Both the position numbers and the translations under genes were made by a program. From positions 1 to 64,000 of the forward strand of contig CAXHZO010000012.1 in assembly GCA_964022095.1 (NCBI GenBank): a stretch of DNA of 64,000 bases, read 5' to 3'. Source of the DNA: an uncultured Arcobacteraceae bacterium. Its GTDB lineage: Bacteria > Campylobacterota > Campylobacteria > Campylobacterales > Arcobacteraceae. Below the pieces are notes generated by a model. That model saw only the letters and a list, made by a program, of their open reading frames with translations, did no database searches and was not told the DNA's origin. Positions 38,967-49,677 of the stretch are shown here, one piece after another. Position 1 is the first letter of the stretch. The number at the start of each line of letters is the position of its first letter.

Positions 38967-41900
38967 ATGAATAATTATATCGTTCAAAATATGACAAGAT
39001 ATTTGAATATAGAACATTTTTCTCAAATATTTAATAATGACTATGTATCTTATTTTGATGAAAGAATAACTAAACCAGATTTTAAAGAATTATATAATTC
39101 TAAATATTTAATGCTTGTTGCTGAACCAGGTTATGGAAAAACAAGACTTTTTAAAGAACTTGTTTTAAGAGCAAATGAAAATGACCTAAAAGTATTTTTC
39201 ATTGATGCAAAACAAATTAAAAATTCAATAAAAGAAAATATAGAAAAATGCAAAGTTATTGAATCTAATATTTCTGAAGAAAAATTACAAAAAAAGATTT
39301 ATTTTTGCAATAAAGAAGATTATATATTAGATGATAAAACTATTATTTGTTTAGATGCTCTTGATGAATTACCTTTTTCAAACCTTTATAGTTTTTTTGA
39401 GCAAGTTGAAGAGTTTATAATTGATAATCCAAATATAAAAGTATTTTTATCTTGTAGAACCCATCATTTAAATAAGATAGAATATGATTTATCCAACATT
39501 TCATTTGAATATTTAACTTTAGACAAATTTTATGGAAAACAAGTTTTTAATTATCTAAAAAATAAAAATATTGATGATGAAACAATTGAAAAAATAAAAG
39601 AAAAAACAAAATTAGGAAATCTATTTGATTTTTTATTAATTCCAAGATTTTTATACTATTTTAGTGAATTAATTCAAAATAAAAACATTGAAGAGATAAT
39701 AAACTTATCAAGAAGTGAAATTTTTGAAGATTTTATATATAGAAAAATTGATAAAGAAAGAGATAAAAAGTATCCAGAATCTGAAAATCATACTATAAAA
39801 AGAGTTTTAGAAGAATTAGCATTAGTAATGAAGATTTTTCAAGTTTCTCAAATCAGTAAAGATGATTTTTTTACAATCTTTAAAGAGCTTAATCTAGGAA
39901 ATATTTTTACAGGAAAAGGACTAATAGAGAAACTATGTGATAAAAGTCTTCTAAAAGATAATATAGACTATTTAGAATTTGAAAACCAAGAGTTTTTAGA
40001 TTATTTGGCTTCAAAAGAATTGAGACGTTATGAAAAAGTTGAACAAGTTTTTTTTGATATTGCACTAGAACCATACCTGAAAGAAATATATACACCTTGG
40101 TTTTATGTAATGCCTTTTGTATTAGAACAAAATCTAAATATGGTAAGCATCCTTTTGGATTTTTTAGAGAAAAACTCTAATAAAATTTTACAAGAAGAAT
40201 ATTTTAAAATATTAATAAGTGTTGATAGTAAATTCTTAGACGTAAAGACTAGATTAAAAATATTTGATTTAGTTTTTAATTACAACATTGAACATAATCA
40301 GTGGATGTACCCTTATTTAGATAATTTAATCTATTTTTATGATGAGAAAGAACACTATCAAAAAATAATAGATTCAATAAATGGTGATGTTGAAACTAAT
40401 AATATAAAAATCCGAAATTCAATAGATATAATTGAGAGTTTGTGTAAAAAAGAGCTTATTAAAGCTGAACAAATAGAGTTTTGGAAAGAAAAGTTTTTAG
40501 AATGGCTAAGGCTTGATGTAAAAAAATTTAGGAATTTACATCAAGCGATAGTTTCAAGTTGTCCAGCAATTATGAAAAATGATTTTGATTGGATAAAAAA
40601 GATATATTTTATATTTGAAACAGGTATAAATGTACAATATGAATACGCAAGAACTTGTTATAAAATTGCTCCAAATGATAATTTAAGTATAGATATATAT
40701 TTTAATTGTGAAAAACAATTTAAAAAAAATAAGATAGATAATATTGGAAGAATTGATGGTAATGTAAAATATATTTCAAAAGTGGATAGTTTAGATGGAA
40801 TAAGGTATATTTTAGAAAAATTGACTTCATCAAATTGGAAAGAATATTTAAGTTATATTTTTAGTACAAGTTATAGAAGTAAATTTCAAGATGATTTAGA
40901 GCAATTGATTTTAAACATTAGAAGTAATCTAAATGATGAAATTATTGAATTATTAAAAATTTTATTGATAAAAATTGTGAAATTAAAAATTAAATATGAA
41001 GAATATAGTAAATATTTACTTCAACAAATATTTAAAATTTTAATTGAGAAAGAAATAAATTTCTTAAGTTTATTTATTGATGAACTTTATAAATTATATG
41101 AAAACAAAGAATTATATTATTTTGATTTTGAATATATTATTGAGACAGAATTATCAAAATATTTTAATAATAAAAATTTTGATGAAATATACAAAAAATT
41201 AATAACTTTTAAATTTGAAAAAAGAAATATTGATGATTTACTTATTTACTCACTTTTTTTTAATGAAAGAGTTAATAAAAAAGTAAAAAATAAAATTGAA
41301 AAAATTTATAAAAAAGAATTAAAAGTAATTGAAAAAGATAGAGAAAAGTTAAAAAATAAAAATGCACGAGATTTAAAAAATAAACAATTAGGTTTATTTA
41401 GACAGTGGGAACATAAATTAGAACCAGAAGTAGGAAAATTTGTTAAAGATTTATTTGAATTTTACATAAAGAATAAAGAAGCTTTAGAAAAATATGAGAA
41501 GTTTGAAGAGAATAGAACTAAAACTATTTTATGGGCTAAAAAAGTTATAAAGAATAATAATCCGTTAAATGGTAAAGTTGAAAAAAGTGGAAATAGCTCA
41601 ACTGTTTTTGGAATACTTTTTTATAAAGATGCCATAGAACTTTTATCTAAAGAAAATATTGAATTCACTACTGATGAACAAAATTTGATAGACAATGTAT
41701 TTAGGTACTTACCTTTTGATATAAATCGTGAATATGAAAGTACATTAAAACTTGCAAAAAAACCTTCACCACAAGCTATACAAGATATATTAGATGTTTA
41801 TGCTGGAGAAAAAAGGAAAGATAACTTAGATATATATCATCCTCAAAATTTTTTAGAAATTTATAAACAAACTAATATAAAGGAAGCAGAACCTATACTT

Positions 41901-43061
41901 TTAAAAATGCTTGAGAATTCTGAAATAGATGAATATATTCGTAAAGAAATTATTCAGGTCCTACCTAAAGAAATATTAACTCAAGATATTATAGTTAAGT
42001 ATATAAAACAAAATGGTGAATCAGATATTTTATATGAAAAATTATTGATAAATTTAATTAAAAAATTTAATGATAAAGAATCAATCAGAAAAACATTTGA
42101 AATAGTTACTAAAAAAGGTAAAGAAACTAATATACCTGAATACCAAACTAATCTATTTGGAAGTGCATTAGACTTAGAATATGGATATTCAAATGAATTA
42201 GCACTAGAACTCACTCAAATAAATTATGATATTGAAGAAGATAAAAAGTTACTAGAAATAGCTTTAGACTTAAGGAATAAAGGTAAACATGTTAATGGAT
42301 ATTTTTTTGAAGAGATTGTATTTAGACATATAAAATATTTAAATCATAAAAAAACATTTGAACCTTTAATTGAAATTGAAAAGTTCCTTCAAGAAAAAAG
42401 TTCTCATAAAAACTTATATTCTTTTGAATATAGGTTCAAAGAATTAAAACAAATATATTTAGATAATTTATCAAAACCGAAACATATAATGGAAGCAATT
42501 AAAGCATATAAAAAATCAAAAAAGAGTGAATATATTACGGTTAATTCTTCTTTACATTTATTAGAGATTGTAAAAGATAGTATTTCAAATGAAATTAGAA
42601 ATTGGATTGAAGTTGAAGGTGCTTATAAACATATTGGAGAATTATCAAAAAAAGATACAAATACAAATGCTGAAGATTTTATACAAAAAACAATAAAAAC
42701 TCAAATTGAACTAGGTTTAGTAAAAAAAGGTTTAAGACATACAGATATTAAAATTAAAAGGGAAGAACAAACTTTAGATGATAAAAGAGCAGATTTTACA
42801 ATAAATTATGGTTTTATTGGTCAAGTATTATTAGAATTAAAATTATCACATAATTCAGAATCAAAACCAACACGAAAAGATGGAAAAGATTATAAAGAAA
42901 AATTAATTAAGTATATAGGTGCTACAAATTCTGATTATGGGTTATTTATAATTTTTAACACTAAAGAAAATAAAATAGTTTTTGAAAGACAAATAAAAGC
43001 TTTAGTAAAATTTTATGAAGATAATGAAAATATATTTGTATTAGGAATTAATTGCTTATAA
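38967..43061 (+). CDS. STAND/NACHT-like NTPase with C-terminal PD-(D/E)XK-type nuclease domain
   Basis: Walker A AEPGYGKT, Walker B CLDALDE, sensor LSCR, winged-helix FENQEFLDYLAS; C-terminal AEDFIQ...KRADF...LLELK. Confidence 0.8.
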   Translation: MNNYIVQNMTRYLNIEHFSQIFNNDYVSYFDERITKPDFKELYNSKYLMLVAEPGYGKTRLFKELVLRANENDLKVFFIDAKQIKNSIKENIEKCKVIESNISEEKLQKKIYFCNKEDYILDDKTIICLDALDELPFSNLYSFFEQVEEFIIDNPNIKVFLSCRTHHLNKIEYDLSNISFEYLTLDKFYGKQVFNYLKNKNIDDETIEKIKEKTKLGNLFDFLLIPRFLYYFSELIQNKNIEEIINLSRSEIFEDFIYRKIDKERDKKYPESENHTIKRVLEELALVMKIFQVSQISKDDFFTIFKELNLGNIFTGKGLIEKLCDKSLLKDNIDYLEFENQEFLDYLASKELRRYEKVEQVFFDIALEPYLKEIYTPWFYVMPFVLEQNLNMVSILLDFLEKNSNKILQEEYFKILISVDSKFLDVKTRLKIFDLVFNYNIEHNQWMYPYLDNLIYFYDEKEHYQKIIDSINGDVETNNIKIRNSIDIIESLCKKELIKAEQIEFWKEKFLEWLRLDVKKFRNLHQAIVSSCPAIMKNDFDWIKKIYFIFETGINVQYEYARTCYKIAPNDNLSIDIYFNCEKQFKKNKIDNIGRIDGNVKYISKVDSLDGIRYILEKLTSSNWKEYLSYIFSTSYRSKFQDDLEQLILNIRSNLNDEIIELLKILLIKIVKLKIKYEEYSKYLLQQIFKILIEKEINFLSLFIDELYKLYENKELYYFDFEYIIETELSKYFNNKNFDEIYKKLITFKFEKRNIDDLLIYSLFFNERVNKKVKNKIEKIYKKELKVIEKDREKLKNKNARDLKNKQLGLFRQWEHKLEPEVGKFVKDLFEFYIKNKEALEKYEKFEENRTKTILWAKKVIKNNNPLNGKVEKSGNSSTVFGILFYKDAIELLSKENIEFTTDEQNLIDNVFRYLPFDINREYESTLKLAKKPSPQAIQDILDVYAGEKRKDNLDIYHPQNFLEIYKQTNIKEAEPILLKMLENSEIDEYIRKEIIQVLPKEILTQDIIVKYIKQNGESDILYEKLLINLIKKFNDKESIRKTFEIVTKKGKETNIPEYQTNLFGSALDLEYGYSNELALELTQINYDIEEDKKLLEIALDLRNKGKHVNGYFFEEIVFRHIKYLNHKKTFEPLIEIEKFLQEKSSHKNLYSFEYRFKELKQIYLDNLSKPKHIMEAIKAYKKSKKSEYITVNSSLHLLEIVKDSISNEIRNWIEVEGAYKHIGELSKKDTNTNAEDFIQKTIKTQIELGLVKKGLRHTDIKIKREEQTLDDKRADFTINYGFIGQVLLELKLSHNSESKPTRKDGKDYKEKLIKYIGATNSDYGLFIIFNTKENKIVFERQIKALVKFYEDNENIFVLGINCL

Positions 43062-43194
43062 TGATAATTTTACTTTACATTTTCCCAAAAAATTCTATAA
43101 AAGATAAGTAGCTTTATCATACTAGACGCTTAATATCAAACTAACATAATATAAGTTAGTATTTTTATTATTTAATCATCAAAAAGGAAATACT

Positions 43195-43605
43195 ATGAAG
43201 TCATTAAGTCCAAATCTAGCCGTAAAAGATATAAAACAAACTGTAGCATACTATCAAGATAATTTTGGTTTTGAAATTGAGATGCTTGTTGATTCCTTAC
43301 AAGAAGATTTTAGTCCACAAATTAAAAAAGAAAAAGATTATATTTGGGCACTTATAAAAAATGGTGACGTTTCTGTAATGCTACAAGAAGAAAATAGTAT
43401 AAAAGAAGATATTGGTGAATTTTATAAAGATATTGGAGCTTCAATTAGTTTATATATTGAAGTAGATGATGCAGACTTCTTATACGAAAAAGTAAAAGAA
43501 AATGTTGAAGTATTGAAGCCTATTTATACAACATGGTATGGACAAAAAGAATTCTATATAAAAGATATAAATGGGTATATTTTAGCTTTTAGTTCAAAAG
43601 TTTAA
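43195..43605 (+). CDS. VOC/glyoxalase family protein
   Basis: LSPNLAVKD...YYQDNFGF; WYGQKEFYIKDINGYIL. Confidence 0.9.
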   Translation: MKSLSPNLAVKDIKQTVAYYQDNFGFEIEMLVDSLQEDFSPQIKKEKDYIWALIKNGDVSVMLQEENSIKEDIGEFYKDIGASISLYIEVDDADFLYEKVKENVEVLKPIYTTWYGQKEFYIKDINGYILAFSSKV

Positions 43606-43636
43606 ATGAGAATTGATAAGATAAACATGTTAAAAA

Positions 43637-44107
43637 ATGCAAATAATAGAATATGATAAAAAATACCAAAAAGTGATACCTGAACTTTTTACTAATACTA
43701 TACATAAAACATGCAACAAAGATTATTCAAAAGAGCAATTAAATGTTTGGGCTAATATTCATATTGATTATAAAGCTTGGCATAATAGATTAAATAAAAC
43801 AAAACCATATTTAGCAATAATTGATGAGAAACTTGTAGGTTTTGTAGAGTTTTATGATGATTACATTGATTGTTTTTATGTACACAATGAATATCAAGGA
43901 AAAGGTGTAGGAAAAATGCTTATGAATCATATTTTTAAACTAGCTAAACAGAAAGAACAATCTCTTTTAAGAGTAGATGTAAGTATTACTGCAAAAGCAT
44001 TTTTTGAAAAGTTTGGTTTTACTGAAGTTAAAAAAAACATACTAAAAAGACAGAATATTCAGCTGATTAATTATAGTATGGAAAATAAAATAAATAATAT
44101 AAATTAG
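43637..44107 (+). CDS. GNAT acetyltransferase (YafP-like)
   Basis: DYSKEQL..WA, FYVHNEYQGKGVG, FFEKFGF. Confidence 0.92.
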   Translation: MQIIEYDKKYQKVIPELFTNTIHKTCNKDYSKEQLNVWANIHIDYKAWHNRLNKTKPYLAIIDEKLVGFVEFYDDYIDCFYVHNEYQGKGVGKMLMNHIFKLAKQKEQSLLRVDVSITAKAFFEKFGFTEVKKNILKRQNIQLINYSMENKINNIN

Positions 44108-44115
44108 GGTTTAGT

Positions 44116-44931
44116 ATGCAATTAAAAATATATCAAATTGATGCGTTTACAGACAAAATATTCAAAGGTAATTCTGCCGCAGTAGTTATTTTAGATGATT
44201 GGTTAGGAGAAAATATTATGCAATCAATCGCTATTGAAAATAATTTATCTGAAACTGCATTTGCAAAAAGAGTTAATAATGATACTTATGAGATAAGATG
44301 GTTTTCTCCTATAACTGAAATTGATTTTTGTGGTCATGCAACATTGGCTACGGCATTTGTTTTATTTGAACAAAATAATACATTAAAAGAAGTTACTTTT
44401 TTAGCAAAAGCTGTTGGAAGTTTAAAAGTTAGCCAATTAGATAATGAATATATTGAAATGGTATTTCCAAATAGAAAACCGCAAAAAGTCGATTTTATTC
44501 CAGAAGAGTTAAAAAGAGGTCTTTCTATTGAACCAAAAGATGTTTTGATAAATCAGCAAGCATATTTTGTAGTTTATGAAAATGAAGAAGATGTATATAA
44601 TGTACAAGTAAATCTAGACGAAATAAAAAAATTAGGCCCTTTAGATGTTACAGTTACTGCAAAATCTAAAGAATATGATTTTATTTCAAGATACTTTTGG
44701 CCTGCAAATGGTGGCATTGAAGATCCAGTTACAGGCTCAATGCATACAGGAGCAGCTCCCTTGTGGGCAGAAAGACTGAATAAGTATGAATTAAAAGCTT
44801 ATCAGGCATCACAGCGGGGTGGTTTCTTAATATGTAAAGTAGAAAATGAAAAAGTAATTATTTTAGGTAAAGCTGTTAAATATTTAGAAGGTTATATAAA
44901 TATAGAAGAAAATAAAAAGGCTATGTTGTGA
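44116..44931 (+). CDS. PhzF-family isomerase
   Basis: DAFT..FKGNSA, NLSETAF, FCGHATLA, EDPVTGS. Confidence 0.95.
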   Translation: MQLKIYQIDAFTDKIFKGNSAAVVILDDWLGENIMQSIAIENNLSETAFAKRVNNDTYEIRWFSPITEIDFCGHATLATAFVLFEQNNTLKEVTFLAKAVGSLKVSQLDNEYIEMVFPNRKPQKVDFIPEELKRGLSIEPKDVLINQQAYFVVYENEEDVYNVQVNLDEIKKLGPLDVTVTAKSKEYDFISRYFWPANGGIEDPVTGSMHTGAAPLWAERLNKYELKAYQASQRGGFLICKVENEKVIILGKAVKYLEGYINIEENKKAML

Positions 44932-45620
44932 AAACTATTGGATTACTTGGTGGTATGAGTTGGGAAAGTACGGCTTTATATTATAAACTGATAAATGAAG
45001 AAGTGAAAAATCAACTCGGAAGTTTACACAGCGCTAAAATAGTTTTATATAGTGTTGATTTTGATGAGATAGAAAAACTTCAACATAAAGGTGACTGGGA
45101 TAAAACAGCTGAAATTTTATTCAACGCTTCTAAAAATATTGAAGATGCAAGTGCAGATTTTATAGTTTTATGTACTAATACCATGCACAAAGTATTACCT
45201 CAAATTGAAGATAAAATAGGTATTCCTTTTTTACATATTGCAGATGCTACTGGAAATGTTTTAAGTGAATGTAATATTAAAAAAGTAGGCTTATTAGGAA
45301 CTGCTTTTACGATGCAACAAGATTTTTATAAAAATCGTATAATAGAAAACTTTGGTATTAATGTAATAGTACCAAATGAACAAGAAATGAATATAGTTCA
45401 TAAAATTATATATGATGAGTTATGTTTAGGAATAGTAAAAGAAGAATCAAAAAAACTGTACTTGAAAATAATTGATAACCTTATTTTAAATGGAGCAGAA
45501 GGTATTATCTTAGGATGTACTGAAATTGGAATGTTAGTTAAACAAGAAGATACAGATGCAAAATTATTTGATACAACATATATTCATTCAATTCAAGCTG
45601 TTAAGGAGGCTTTAAAATGA
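44928..45620 (+). CDS. Asp/Glu racemase family protein (YgeA-like)
   Basis: IGLLGGMSWEST, CTNTMH, ILGCTEI. Confidence 0.95.
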   Translation: MKTIGLLGGMSWESTALYYKLINEEVKNQLGSLHSAKIVLYSVDFDEIEKLQHKGDWDKTAEILFNASKNIEDASADFIVLCTNTMHKVLPQIEDKIGIPFLHIADATGNVLSECNIKKVGLLGTAFTMQQDFYKNRIIENFGINVIVPNEQEMNIVHKIIYDELCLGIVKEESKKLYLKIIDNLILNGAEGIILGCTEIGMLVKQEDTDAKLFDTTYIHSIQAVKEALK

Positions 45621-46549
45621 ATAAGTTTGAAGAAGCTTTAAAAAAACAAAAAGCAATCATTATTGATGGAGCTTTAGGAACACAAATACAAAGAAATGGT
45701 CATAATGTAAATGATTCATTATGGTCAGCTAAGTTTTTAGATGAAAATCCAAAAGTTATAAAAGATGTGCATATACAGTATTTAAACGCTGGTGCAGATA
45801 TTATCATTACTTCATCTTATCAAGCTAGTTTTGAAGGATTTTTAAAAAAAGGTTTTACTCAAGAAAAAGCTGTTGAACTACTAAAATTATCTATAAATAT
45901 TGCTATTGAAGCTAGAGATGACTTTTGGGAAAAATGTGATCAGCAAAATAGAATAAAACCTTTAGTTGCAGCTTCAATTGGACCTTATGGTGCATATCTA
46001 GCTGATGGTTCAGAGTATAGTGGAGATTATAAAATAAGTGACATTGAGTTAAAGGATTTTCATAAAAAAAGACTTGAAGTATTAATTCAAACAAAACCAG
46101 ATATTTATGCTTTTGAAACTATTCCATCAAAAAATGAAGCAAAGATTTTGTGTGACTTAATTGAAGATTTTAATATAAAAAACTCTTGGATAAGTTTTAG
46201 TGCAAAAAATGAAAACTTTACAAATGCCCATGATGAAATCGTTGAAGCTATAAAATATCTTAACAATTGTCATTCATTAGGTGCAGTTGGAATAAACTGT
46301 ACAGCACCTCAGTATATTCCACAACTAATTGAGAATATAAAATCTTCTACAAATAAACCTATTGTTATTTATCCAAATGGTGGTTCTAAATATAATCCTA
46401 TAACTAAAAATTGGGAAAAAGGAGAAATCTCACCAATTGAATATTCAAAGATGGCTCATTTATGGTTTGAAAAAGGTGCAACAATAATTGGAGGATGTTG
46501 CGAAACTGGACCTGAAGAGATAAAACAAATTAGAAATATTTTATCTTAA
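45617..46549 (+). CDS. mmuM: Homocysteine S-methyltransferase
   Basis: DGALGT, LWSA, GPYGAYLADGSEY, GINC, GGCC. Confidence 0.93.
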   Translation: MNKFEEALKKQKAIIIDGALGTQIQRNGHNVNDSLWSAKFLDENPKVIKDVHIQYLNAGADIIITSSYQASFEGFLKKGFTQEKAVELLKLSINIAIEARDDFWEKCDQQNRIKPLVAASIGPYGAYLADGSEYSGDYKISDIELKDFHKKRLEVLIQTKPDIYAFETIPSKNEAKILCDLIEDFNIKNSWISFSAKNENFTNAHDEIVEAIKYLNNCHSLGAVGINCTAPQYIPQLIENIKSSTNKPIVIYPNGGSKYNPITKNWEKGEISPIEYSKMAHLWFEKGATIIGGCCETGPEEIKQIRNILS

Positions 46550-46561
46550 AAAGAGTAAATA

Positions 46562-47194
46562 GTGAATGCAATAGAATATTTAAAAAGACACCATAGTAAT
46601 GATACTATTATTACAAAAGATATAACTTTAGCAAAGTTTTGTACAGTTCAAAACAATTATAAACACAAATTTATCATCCCTTCTAATCTGTTAAATGTAG
46701 TATATAGTGGTAAAAAAATACTTCATACAGTAAATGGTGATATTGAAGTAAAAGCTGGTGAGGCTTTTTTTATGACTAAGGGTGAGTATGTGATGAGTGA
46801 AGTTATAGGTGAAGAGGATTATGAGTGTTTATTAATCTTTTTTGATCATCATGCAACTAGAAAACTAATTTCAGAGTTACCTTTTAGATTAAATATTAAT
46901 AATTCAAAAGTTTTATGGAATCAAACTATGAAAAAGATTTAAGCCTTGAAGAGTTTGCTAGGCTTAGTGGTAGAAGCCTAAGTGGCTTTAAAAATGAGTT
47001 TAAATCAATATTTGATGAAAACTCCTATGAAGTGGATTTTGAAAAAAAGAGTACAGAAAGGTAGATTTCTTATTCAAGAACTTGGTTATGATGTTGGAAC
47101 TGCTGCATTAAGTGTAGGATTTAAAACACATGCTCACTTTACTAGAATATATAAAGAACAATATAATTCAGCGCCTAGCTTTACAGATAAATGA
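46562..47194 (+). pseudogene. AraC-family regulator, internally deleted and frameshifted
   Basis: N-terminal domain 46562-~46910; HTH FMESNYEKDLSLEEFARLSGRSLSGFK in another frame; second shift at ~47018 into TPMKWILKKR...VGFKTHAHF. Confidence 0.85.
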
Positions 47195-47263
47195 TTAGAC
47201 TTTTTAGATAAACAATAAAGTAAAAATTATGGTTATAATACTTGAAATATAAAAGGAGTTTAT

Positions 47264-48112
47264 ATGAAGAAAATTACATTAACACTATTATCAACTGCTA
47301 TTTTAGGTCTTGCAAGTACTATTACAATAGATGGTTTTAGTTCACCTGAAAGTATGATAACAAATAATAAAAACTTGTATGTATCAAATGTAGGAAAAGA
47401 GTTGAAACCTACACAAAAAGATGGAGATGGTTTTATTTCAAAACTATCTAAAGATGGAAAAGTAGAATCTTTACATTTTATAGATGGGTTAAATGCACCG
47501 AAAGGTATGGGTATAGTAAATAATACTCTTTATGTAGCAGATATTGATACGTTAAGAGGGTTTGATTTAAATACGAAAAAAGAGGTATTTTCTTTAATAT
47601 TTAATGGAATCAGTTTTTTAAATGATATTACTGTTAAAGATAGTAATACACTATTTGTAGGTGCAAGTGATAAAGAAGCTATTTATGAAGTGAATATCGC
47701 AGAAAAAAGTTATAAAAAACTAATAGACTTTACAACTGCAAATGGACTTTTCTATGAAAATAATATTTTATACGCAGCGCAGCTTGGAAGTAGTGCAAAG
47801 TCTATGTTTGATGGAAAAGGTAGACTATTTATGATTGAGTTAGATAACAATAATAAATTAACTCAATTAGGAACTTTCCAAGGTGTTTTAGATGGTGTTA
47901 CTAAAGTAGGGGATAATGTTTTTGTAAGTGATTGGGGTAATGGCAAAGATACAGGTATTGTAAGAGTTTATAACCTTAAAACAAAAAAAGAAGATATCTT
48001 AAAACTTGAACCATTTATGGGTGCAGCTGATTTTTGGATAGATGACAATAAATTGTATTTACCTCAAATGATTGGTGGAAAAATTAGTATCATAAATCTT
48101 CCAGCTTTATAG
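47264..48112 (+). CDS. Exported beta-propeller protein (SMP-30/gluconolactonase-like)
   Basis: Signal peptide; GFSSPES, DGFISKL, GLNAPKGM, FLNDI, NGL and LDG repeats. Confidence 0.8.
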   Translation: MKKITLTLLSTAILGLASTITIDGFSSPESMITNNKNLYVSNVGKELKPTQKDGDGFISKLSKDGKVESLHFIDGLNAPKGMGIVNNTLYVADIDTLRGFDLNTKKEVFSLIFNGISFLNDITVKDSNTLFVGASDKEAIYEVNIAEKSYKKLIDFTTANGLFYENNILYAAQLGSSAKSMFDGKGRLFMIELDNNNKLTQLGTFQGVLDGVTKVGDNVFVSDWGNGKDTGIVRVYNLKTKKEDILKLEPFMGAADFWIDDNKLYLPQMIGGKISIINLPAL

Positions 48113-48692
48113 TTTTTCTTATTCTACTTAAATGAGTTGGTGATATACCAAGATATGAAGCAATATGATATTGCGAAAGTCTTGAAAGTATATGACCAAA
48201 CTCTTGTAAAAATCTTTCATATCTTTTCCTAGCATCTTCTAAAACTAAAGAGTAAGTACTATCATCTTTTTGCATAATCCAGTGTTTTTCTAAATACAAA
48301 ATATGATACATCTTTAAATCTTCAAATTTATAAAGCAATTGTCTGTATTTATCATGTTGTATATCAATTACAATAGAATCTTCAATCGCTTGAACACTAG
48401 AATTAGCAGAAGTATTTGTCAAAAGTGCAACTATAGGACCATAGATTCTATTTTCCCAAAAGAAATTTTTTGTATATTCATCACCATTTTCATTTATTGT
48501 AAATGTTCTAAATAAGCCTTTATATACATATGATATTGCATTTACATTGTCATATAGATCAAAGGCGTAGGCATCTTTTTTTATTTCTTTTATTGTACAA
48601 ATTTGTTTTAATTCATTCCATGTTTCTTTACTAAGTGAAAAGTAAGAGTTTATTGTTTGTTTTAAACTATCAAATATTTTATCTTCATTCAT
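48090..48692 (-). CDS. Crp/Fnr-family regulator
   Basis: cNMP-binding domain plus C-terminal IASYLGISPTHLSRIR HTH. Confidence 0.92.
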   Translation of the reverse strand: MNEDKIFDSLKQTINSYFSLSKETWNELKQICTIKEIKKDAYAFDLYDNVNAISYVYKGLFRTFTINENGDEYTKNFFWENRIYGPIVALLTNTSANSSVQAIEDSIVIDIQHDKYRQLLYKFEDLKMYHILYLEKHWIMQKDDSTYSLVLEDARKRYERFLQEFGHILSRLSQYHIASYLGISPTHLSRIRKTIKLEDL

Positions 48693-48713
48693 TTTTGAAG
48701 ATTATCAAAAAAA

Positions 48714-48727
48714 TCAACATATGTAAA
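48714..48727. promoter_or_regulatory. Possible operator between the Crp/Fnr gene and the DMT gene
   Basis: Imperfect palindrome TCAACATATGTAAA in the divergent intergenic region. Confidence 0.35.
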
Positions 48728-48777
48728 TGACAAAATAAGTTTATTTATATAAACTTTCAATAAAAACAAGGTTTACA

Positions 48778-49677
48778 ATGACAGAAAAACAAAAAGCACA
48801 TATTTTAGTGCTTATCGCTACTGTTTTAATAGCATTATCTTTTATTGTTTCAGGTAAATTATCAGGGCTTATTAATCCTATATCTTTAACTTTATTTAGA
48901 TTTGTATTGGCATTTATTGTTTTGTTACCATTTATTTTAGTAATAAAAAAAAATAGAGTTAAAATTAAAAAAAGTTTTATGAAAGGCCTTAAAATAAGTC
49001 TTTTTTATAGTTTGTATTTTATTCTTTTATTCAAAGCTTTAGAGTACACAACAGCTTTAAATACAGCTACTTTATTTACTCTTGTTCCTTTATTAACAGC
49101 AATTTTAGCTGGTTTTATTTTCAAAGATAAATTAAATATTTTCAAAATCAGTATCTATTTATTAGGAATGATAGGAACATTAGTAGTAATATTTGATGGA
49201 AGTATAGATGCTTTTGTAAAATTAACTTTTAATTATGGAGATATTATATTTTTATTTGCCATTGTTTCAATGGCATTTTACTCTATTAGTACAAAATACT
49301 TTTATGAAGAAGATGATGAAGTTTTAGTATTAACTTTAATGACACTATTTGGCGGAATCATTTGGATGGCATTAGTTTTAGTTGCTTTTGATATACCATT
49401 ACAGTGGGAGAAGATTGAAGGTAAGTATTTTAATTATATGATTTATTTAAGTATTGGTGCAACACTTTTTACTGTGTTTTTATACCAAAAAGCAACAGTA
49501 ATTCTTGGTCCAAATAAAGTTATGTCTTATGTTTATTTAAATCCGGCGGTTGTAGCAATTATTATGTATTTATTTGAAAGTCAAACTATAAATCAAAAAG
49601 TTTTCATAGGTATATTATTATCAGTTTTTGCTACAATTATTTTACTGAAACAAAATAAAAAGATAAAGAAGAATTAA
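48778..49677 (+). CDS. DMT/EamA family transporter
   Basis: About ten TM segments; LFRF, ALEYTTA, YVYLNP. Confidence 0.92.
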   Translation: MTEKQKAHILVLIATVLIALSFIVSGKLSGLINPISLTLFRFVLAFIVLLPFILVIKKNRVKIKKSFMKGLKISLFYSLYFILLFKALEYTTALNTATLFTLVPLLTAILAGFIFKDKLNIFKISIYLLGMIGTLVVIFDGSIDAFVKLTFNYGDIIFLFAIVSMAFYSISTKYFYEEDDEVLVLTLMTLFGGIIWMALVLVAFDIPLQWEKIEGKYFNYMIYLSIGATLFTVFLYQKATVILGPNKVMSYVYLNPAVVAIIMYLFESQTINQKVFIGILLSVFATIILLKQNKKIKKN

